Shown here one piece after another: positions 56,057 through 64,000 of a stretch of DNA of 64,000 bases. The notes below the pieces were generated by a model. The model searched no databases and was not told the DNA's origin. It saw nothing but the letters and a program-made list of their open reading frames with translations. Made by a program: the position numbers and the translations under genes. How positions within the stretch are numbered: position 1 is the first letter of the stretch; every line of letters starts with the position of its first letter. The stretch is from assembly GCA_051362555.1 (NCBI GenBank), contig CM120642.1:25854001-25918000 (forward strand). Reading direction: 5' to 3'. The stretch comes from Lingula anatina. Taxonomy: Eukaryota; Animalia; Brachiopoda.

Positions 56057-57339
56057 TGTACTATTCCTGGCATAACAAAATCTGCACCATGACAATAATT
56101 CATAACAGGCAGCATAGTGAAAAATAAAGTAAAATTCTTTTACGAAATAACCACAATTGAATAACTGGAAAAACTTAAATTTCATTTTGTCAGTAAATGA
56201 CCAGCATTTTCTTACATGGGTTTTCATTGGGTAAACGTCATGAAGAGGGATTGTAAATAACAAAATTAACACCAAACACATGTGACACACGACACTACTG
56301 TGTTCAGAAAAAATCTTATCGCTGTCATGAGTTATATATATTATAAAAAGAAATCGTAAGATATATGTGTGGGTAACTTGTTTGTCCGTAGCAACAGTAT
56401 GCGGCATAAATTCCCACCAATAACATTTCTTCTTGCATCGATATAAAAGAAAATATTTGCGATGCGTATGAAACCAAGATTCATTCACGGAACGAATTAT
56501 ACTTTTGAATATGCAATAATGTCAAGATTGAATAGAAAACGCACCAATATTTCTAAATGAAGCCGTTTACATTTATTTGAAACATATACAAACGTTTAAT
56601 GATTTTAGAGTCCCATATACCACTGAGACACAGTCAGTCTTGTTTTTGAAGAGAAGAGAAATAAATTAAATGAAACTGAAATCGAAAAAAAAATCTTCAG
56701 TTCGGTCTTTTGAACATTTTTTCAGAACAATAATAATTCATAATTATTGTTCTGTTTGTTTTTCTTTGATATTGCCAAACCAACCAGCCTCCCCCCCCCC
56801 CCCCCCCCCCCCACCCCCCCAATTTCAAAGCGTTATCGGCGACATAATAAACGTGTTTTATTTTCCAGGCACATTTAAATGGTAACACGAGAATTATCGG
56901 TGGCATCAGGGGTTACATCTTTATATATTATCATACGATTTCCCTGTTTCCCTGGGTTTCCCCTTTGAGAGAGAGAGAGAGAGAGAGAGATGAAATCGGT
57001 TTCACATGTCACATGTTGTCATCTTTTCAACAGATTCAAAATACTTTTAGATCTATATGTAGCAGAAAGTAAGACAGGATAATTACCCTACAGGGCAAGG
57101 GCGTGGTACTATTGCTAAAAGAAACCAAAGACCGCATGAATGACAATGTTATTTCCATGGTTACTGCGACAGACCGCATGAACAACCCGCAAGGACCCGC
57201 ATCTGCTCATCGCATCCGCATTTACTCTAGTAAGGTCAGATGCCGGAGGGCCGTTTCACATCGCATGCAAGTACGGTCGGCGGTAATGAACCAAAGTTTT
57301 AGTAAATACATACAGGTAAGTTTATCAAGTTTTTTTTTC

Positions 57340-57753
57340 ATGATAAGTCAGTCAATGTTGTTTGTTAGCAGTAAAAAAAAAATAGCAGAAACAGATTCAA
57401 GACTGAAGCAAAAGGAGTTGATAGAAATGAAAAGGTCAACAGAAGGTGGTGACGAGAGGCAAGAAAACTGTCTTATGCTTGCAATCATAAAAGAGAGCCA
57501 AATGAAATGGAAAATAAGTTGGAAATTTAAATAAATGGAACACAAACTAATATGATTGAAAACGGTGTAGCCTAGGATGAATAAGAAAATAATAAATAAA
57601 AAGTTACTAGAAAATGTCTGAAAAACTGAAAGGAAAACCCGAAAGAAGCTACATTACGTTCAAAAGTTCAAGTGAATCGAAGAGGGAGAAAAACCATCTG
57701 GATATTTTTGTAATCTTTAATATTATCGCAAAATTTTAAATCACAAAAAAACT
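57340..57753 (+). mobile_element. Decayed L1/Tx1-clade non-LTR retrotransposon ORF2 fragment
   Basis: A-rich, Lys/Glu-rich frames. LRSKVQ / *IEEGEKPSGYFCNL* (57655-57720) matches the recalled RSKxxWIEEGEKPSKYFxNLE motif between the EN and RT domains, with W and E codons mutated to stops. Boundaries approximate. Confidence 0.7.
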
Positions 57754-57757
57754 TTAA

Positions 57758-58403
57758 GGTAGATCGGTCGTTACATGTTCCAACGTTCGAATTTTTTTAA
57801 AATTTATTTTGTTTGAAGAGACACCCAAGTACATTAAAAATTTGCAAAAAAAATTGGGGGTCACCGACCAAATAAGAGAACTAGCCCCAAATATGATACA
57901 CCCTGCATACCACACTAGTCCCCATTCAAATTAATGGGAAAATGGGTGTTTTCTCACTAAAGCATTATTTTTTATGACTTTCTGACGTTCGAATTTTTAA
58001 AAAAATTTTTTTGTGTAAAGAGGCCTCCAAGTACATTTAAATTTTACCAAAAAATTGGGGGTCACCGACCAAATAAGAGAACTACGCCAAGTTGAAGTGC
58101 ATTACACCCTGCGTGACGCACTTGTCCCCATTCCAATCAATGGGGAAATGGGTGTTTTTCACCAAAACGTTATTTTTCATGATTTTTCTAACAGTTGAAT
58201 TTTTTTAAAAAACTTTTTGTGTAAAGAGGCATCCAAGTAGATTTTAATTTTGCCAAAAAAAGTTGGGGGTCACCGACCAAATAAGAGAACTACGCCAAGT
58301 TGAAGTGCGTTACACCCTGCGTGACGCACTAGTCGGAAGTCCCCATTCAAATCAATGGGAAATGGGTGTTTTTCACTAAATTGTTATTTTTTATGATTTT
58401 TTT

Positions 58404-58446
<43 letters not shown>

Positions 58447-59357
58447 AGAGACATCTAAGTACATTTAAAACTTTCATTATGTTTAACAGTTGAAGTAAGT
58501 ATACTCAGCTATTTTCAGATTTGTCAAACTGATGAGAAGGTGTAAGCCATTAACTTTCCAACAAAATTCTTGAAGAGAGTAATAAGGGAAATACTCATGC
58601 ATATGAAAATAGTTTATTGCCGTTGTTAATTTTTAATGATCGTAAACACTGTGTTGTCAAGTAAAATGAAGCGTCTGATACAAAGTATCAAATGCGGCAT
58701 TCACGTGCATGCTTGCTTGCGGTGCGTTCAGTAGGCCTACACTTTGTTTACACTGACAAGTCAAGGTCAGAAGTGCACAATTTTTCTGTATAATATAACG
58801 CAGTTTCAATTTTGATTAGCGAATTTTCTTCAAGCTGTATGGCCATTTTCTGAACATTTGTATAAGCTACGAAATATTTCTCAGTCCAAATTTCAAATGA
58901 GTGGCGTTACGACGCACTTCCGGTTTTCGTCGAAATCTAATCTGCGGTTTGCAGCACACTCAGGGCGTTCTACCTCAAAATGTACGCAGCCGCTTTGATT
59001 GGAATTTACAACACTTATTCTTTACATGATATAGCATCTACGTACATAATTTGTGAGCTTTAGCTGTCATACATTTGCTAGTGCCAATTCAAATTGTAAA
59101 AGGAGCTATTCCGACGATTTCTTGAATGGCAAGTCTATGAACGTGCTACAGTTGTCGTATGGAATCATAGTCGACAAACGTTGTCGAAAATCTGTATCGA
59201 TCATACAGAGTTACAGACAAGTTGATAATGTGTGTTTATCTTATAGATAATTATTTTATTTCCTCAAATTGATAAAACAGACTGAAGTGTCGTTAGAGAC
59301 GATTGACGATGCGCTGAAATTGCGCAAATCGTCAAATTACATAACGATCGATCTACC
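57758..59357. mobile_element. Non-autonomous Kolobok-like DNA transposon (1600 bp)
   Basis: TTAA on both sides (57754-57757, 59358-59361). TIR GGTAGATCG(G/A)TCGTTA, 15/16. TTAA TSD with RR...YY termini fits Kolobok rather than piggyBac. No transposase ORF. Confidence 0.88.
57781..58472. repeat. Tandem array (about 205-bp unit, 3 full copies plus 1 partial) inside the Kolobok-like element
   Basis: Invariant core GGGGGTCACCGACCAAATAAGAGAACTA near 57856, 58057 and 58265; flanks are homologous; (GT)n in the 4th unit. Confidence 0.92.
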
Positions 59358-62300
59358 TTAAGCACGCAATATTTTTAAAACACAAAATTACACAAAAAAT
59401 GAAAGTTACGGTAAGGGCATAATAAAAAACAAAGGGAGTATTTCAAAGAATAACTTATCTCAATTCTGGCACGTCAGCATTACTTAAAAATAACATTATC
59501 TAATTTAAATCCAAAATTAAATTTCTTGAAAAATATCACTTATTGTTTTGAACGTTTTTACTTTCACGTACGTTTGTTCCACTAGATCACCGCCGAGATC
59601 CTTTTTTTATACTACCCGTTCTCACATAATTTGATGACGTTTCAACACCGTGATATTCAAAAGCGCTTTGGACCATTGAAGATTGAAGTACATTCCTGAA
59701 GATAAAATTCCTTGTCAAATTATCATATTTATATTTAACTTAACTTAATAGTTAGTTGTTTTTATTTTATATTGAAGAATCATGACTTCAGCTCAATACA
59801 CCACAGGACTTGGTAATGACACGAAGCCAACATCAAGGTAAAATGCTTCTGTCCATTCAACATTTGGGCGGTGCAAATGGATTTGAAAATGAAATGACAA
59901 CATTCGATGTCAGTTGTTTATCGTATGGGATTTGACTTCTTTTTAAAAACAGGAAATATAGTGCAGATATTTATCGGTTTCAAAGGTCTTGTTTTGTTTG
60001 CTGATAATAATTCATTTTTTAACGGGACGGTACAAACAGCTACGTTACTGTTTGTTGTCGGTGGAAGTGAAATGGCCGTCTGTCGGGGACCGTAAACCGT
60101 TTGCCATTGCATTGTCCAGGTCACAATCACCTTATATATATATTTACCCTGGATACATGTCCCCAGGCTATCACTAACCTGTATGAATCATATTGGACCT
60201 TGGACATTGCTGGGTCTAACATTCATATCATACAGCCTTCCTGGTTCGTGCCAACACTTAGTAAACACTGTCATTCACAGTAACTATGCAATTTTGAAAT
60301 TGAAAATCTAGTGTAAATTAAATGCATAAAACTGATAAAGGAACAGGGGGTTTTCAAAGTTGCTGGTCTGAGTAGTTTTGTGGATTTTTAAAAAAATTGT
60401 CAAATTGTTTTAGATTGCTTTCATTTATGTACAGACCTCATCTTCTTACCAGTAGTTTTCTGACTTAACAAGTGGAAGTAGCCCATTGGCTAAAGTAGAT
60501 AGTTAAGGTACATGCTGGAAGCAGGAGTAAACAGCATTTTGTCATTTCTTGTTTGCAGTTGTAAATTACTTGATTTTGTTTTATAACATCTTGCAGACTC
60601 AGCCACAGATATTTTTACATGAAAGGTATCAATGTCTTTCTTCATAGTGACACTATGGGTGATGAATGAAAATGAAAACTCAGTAATTGCCCTCCCCATC
60701 CAAACTCCTTTTTGTTTTTATTCTAGAACATATATAGCTCAAATCTCCCTCCACTGACCTCACCTTTGTACTTAACTTGAGTGTCAATCCCATATAGTGC
60801 CCACAACTTGTACTCAGATTGATAGATTTGCTGACAGACAACTACTTTTAAACTTACATGGGATTTTTTGCATGAAATCTAATTTTCCTCAAGAAAAATC
60901 AATTTTCTCATACTCCAGAATCATTGCTCAAAACATCTATGCACTAAGGTTCAATGATTTGTACCAAATTAATTGGGTCCATACAAATAATGTTTTGTTT
61001 AGACTGCCATGGCTTCCTGACAGTAAGAAAAATTGGTTTCCAATACTCTTATCATTTTTAAAGTGGGAATTGGGAAATATAAATAGGTTTGGAGACAGGA
61101 TGTTTAGGCATAAAAGGTGGCTTTGGGACATTTTTAAATTGTGCAGAAAAATTGTTCATATATATCAACAAACACAGATGCCCATGTATGTAACTAGTTA
61201 CAACTTGACTGCACCTCAAAGCCACTCCAAATCTGATAACCAATATATCTTTTGTGACAATGCACATGTATGTCCTGTCTGAAGGTGTGACTACATACCT
61301 CTTTATTATCTGTGGCAATATCACTTACTATCTGATGTCAGTTTTGGTTTTGTCAGATGATTCATCTAGTACATCCGGGGCTCCAGGCTAGTCCACTCTG
61401 GTACAGAGCATAAAATTTCTGAAATAGCCCTTGTAAATCTAGTTATTGTCAGGATTGCTAAGAATTCTTATAGGTGAACAATTTTTTGTTAGTTGTCACT
61501 TAGTTTTAATATCTTTTTTCCCTAGGCTATGTACTTGATTTGTTTTATTACAAATGATGTTGCTCTAGTTACATATTATTTGTGAGTTTAACAGCCCCTA
61601 ACATTTCATTATGCAGTCCGTTATCTGAATTCGTATTCTCTTTTATAAGCACGAGTTATTTTCCTATGGAGACACTTTTATTGGATTGCACCTCTGTGAA
61701 TCTTTTCTGCCATTTCCTTTGATGGACATTTCATTGATTGCTACTGCACAACCCATGAAACCTAACAGGGAATGAATTATTTATGGTTTTATTGGATTAA
61801 TGAGACATGTACTTCACAAGCATATAGTTTTGCATTGCCATATAACACTCCTGTTAAGCACAGGTTAATTGAAAAAGAAAACATTACATCACAGGAGTCT
61901 GGAAGAATATGCGGTTTTGACATATTGGCATAGTAATTGCAAGTGAAGTGTGATGTTTTCATTTTCTTATAATTATTTTTCCCATTTAAATTTATTATTT
62001 AAATGTAGATCTATTAGATAATGTTGCTAGTTGAATGATTTGCCATTTCAGTGTCAGTGATACTGTCATGGCTGAACTTAGCAACTGGTTAGTGCCCTCA
62101 TTTTGTATGACCTTACGCGGCCATTTTTTTATGCTCTTAGATGACCTCTCTGTCTGTGCTTCCATCCGTATGATATGCTTATGTGATCTTATGTACTTTT
62201 AATGAAATATCTAGATGACAAATGTAATAAGTATTGTCAGTAAATCTCAGTTATAATTCAAGGAGATGATATGATCTTACATTATTTCCGTGCCAATTTT

Positions 62301-63235
62301 CTGCAAAATGTAAAGAAAGAAATAGCCTCTTTTGCCTCTTCTGTTTGAAGACAAATACAACCACTCTTTTTTTTTTTTTTTTTTTTTTTGCTCTGTATGG
62401 AAGATTAATTAATTCACTAATCAAAATTAATGCGACACTTAAACAAAGATGCCGTAAGTTTTGCCATTCATTTGTACATTCCTGCAGATTATACACACTT
62501 GCCTTTTATCATTCCAGATGATGTCATGACTGTAAATGTTAAATTGATTAATCAGCCCTGACCTCCTTTCCTCTCTCTTGGTATATACAGCAGTTGAGAC
62601 TTGGCTGGCATGAGTTCAGATTTATTTCAAGATTTTCCACTAGGAATATCTCCATGCGTTCCTATTGATACTTGGACTTGGAATAGGGCAGTCACTCTTT
62701 CTTGGTTTCTGCTGTTCGGCTTTTTTCTCTAGTTATTATCTGTAACAAATTATTGTATTGTATTGTACTCTTAGTTGTTACTGCTGCACATTGTCACTGT
62801 TACTGTTAGGAGAAAATAAGGAACCCACTGTTGTCATGGCAAATTATATTGAGACCAGTAAGCTGACAGTAAGGTAGGTTGTGTTGTATACAACTCACAT
62901 GTTTGTAATTACAAGCTTCTGATGTAGATCTATAATAATTGAAAAAAAAATTAAATAGAGGTGATGGCAAGAAAATATAGTCATTGCATGGTGAGCATGG
63001 CATAAGATGGCACAGACATCCAGGACTGATATGAATGTGAAGTGAATATACTAATGAAGGACACTTGGGATTAGGAATGTCTGTTATATCAGGACAATTG
63101 GTTTTAATGGAACTACTGTGACCTGGAAAATGTAGTGTCTACATACTGCACTGTTAAATTGCTGTAATATATCTTTGTTGAAAACCATAAATCTGCCAGA
63201 ATTCAAACTTGAACTTTGTCTACAAATATTGTAAG

Positions 63236-63485
63236 ATGTTGTCTGTCTGTCTGTGTGTTAGCAACATTACAGAAAAAGTTATGGACTGATTTTGATGAAA
63301 TTTTCTGGAACTGTCAGAAGTGGGCCAAGGAACAGATGATTAGTTTTTGGTGGTGATCCGGATCATTAATCAATCAATAATCAAAAAACTAAATCATTGT
63401 AGAATGAAAATTTAGGGGTGAAACGGCATGGGGTGGAGACCTTGCTGCCTTGGTGGAGGTCTGTGCTCTCAGAGTGCTTTACTAG
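63236..63485 (+). mobile_element. 5'-truncated Helentron-associated non-autonomous element (HINE/DINE-1-like)
   Basis: (GTCT)n microsatellite, core TTAGCAAC..AAAAGTTATGGACTGATTTTGATGAAATTTT..TTTTGGTGGTGATCCGGATC, 3' subTIR CCTTGGTGGAGGT, imperfect hairpin GTGCTC-TCA-GAGTGC, end CTAG. Confidence 0.8.
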
Positions 63486-63528
63486 CATGTTTTTTTGTAA
63501 AGAAAAAATACAAGAGAATCCAAGCCAG

Positions 63529-63816
63529 GTGTGTGTCTGCTGATGAACAAGTGCAAACAGTACTTTCTGCTGATGAACCTAATTGCTGTGTTGTATCAGT
63601 TGCTCCTATATGTGAAGTAATGCAATAAGTGACTGTGTGTTTGTCTGTCTGTCTGTGAGATGGGAGCCGGTTCTGTTTCCCAGTGTGTGTCTGTTGGGGA
63701 AAAAGCACAGGCAGTACTTTCTTGTGATAAACCTAATTGCTGTGTTATGTCAGTTGCACCTATATGTGAAATAATGCAATAAGTGTGTTTGTCTGTCTGT
63801 CAGTGAGATGGGAGCT
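63529..63816. repeat. Diverged two-copy tandem duplication (about 155-bp unit)
   Basis: CAGTACTTTCT..AACCTAATTGCTGTGTT..CCTATATGTGAA.TAATGCAATAAGTG..TTTGTCTGTCTGTC.GTGAGATGGGAGC occurs twice. Confidence 0.88.
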
Positions 63817-64000
63817 GATCCTGATTGCAGGCAGGAAAACTCCAGCTGACTTGATGTATATGCACCTGGATCAGTTTTTTTCTTCCAATTGCAGAGATCT
63901 TCTTGTAAAATACTCTGATTTTGATAGAACTGGAGCACTTTGTATGATCTCAGGTTCCAATGCGAGGGTACCATGTGCAGTATGATCAGTAAAACCCAAC

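Noticed and set aside
57781-58472. CRISPR-like invariant 28-nt core repeated three times
   Set aside because: The intervening sequences are homologous to each other; it is a tandem array inside a transposon.
60797-61324. 161-aa plus ORF and 88-aa minus ORF
   Set aside because: Non-ATG or weak starts, intron-like composition, no recognisable motif or splice-consistent model.

Overview
This is eukaryotic, AT-rich, intron-dense animal DNA, probably a lophotrochozoan such as a mollusc (inference; no prokaryotic features, no CRISPR). Three complete multi-exon genes were assembled by hand with consistent exon phases. (1) A Diaphanous-related formin (-, 1343-29501, 25 core exons, about 1166 aa). 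(2) TDRD3 (+, 30046-38198, 13 exons, about 916 aa), head-to-head with it and 544 bp away. (3) CRAMP1/Cramped-like (-, 43509-54849, 21 exons, about 1166 aa). The last 9 kb hold promoter-like CpG-rich DNA, a decayed L1/Tx1 fragment abutting a TTAA-flanked Kolobok-like DNA transposon, and a Helentron-associated (HINE-like) element. The most notable signals concern splicing: three U12-type introns (two AT-AC in the formin, one GT-AG in CRAMP1); a duplicated pair of 27-nt formin microexons with UGC and UGCAUG motifs; candidate alternative first and last formin exons, including an in-frame UGA-C followed by a 116-codon ORF; and small duplications centred on splice junctions in all three genes. All gene models are read from sequence only, with no transcript evidence. 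Human comparisons are from memory.
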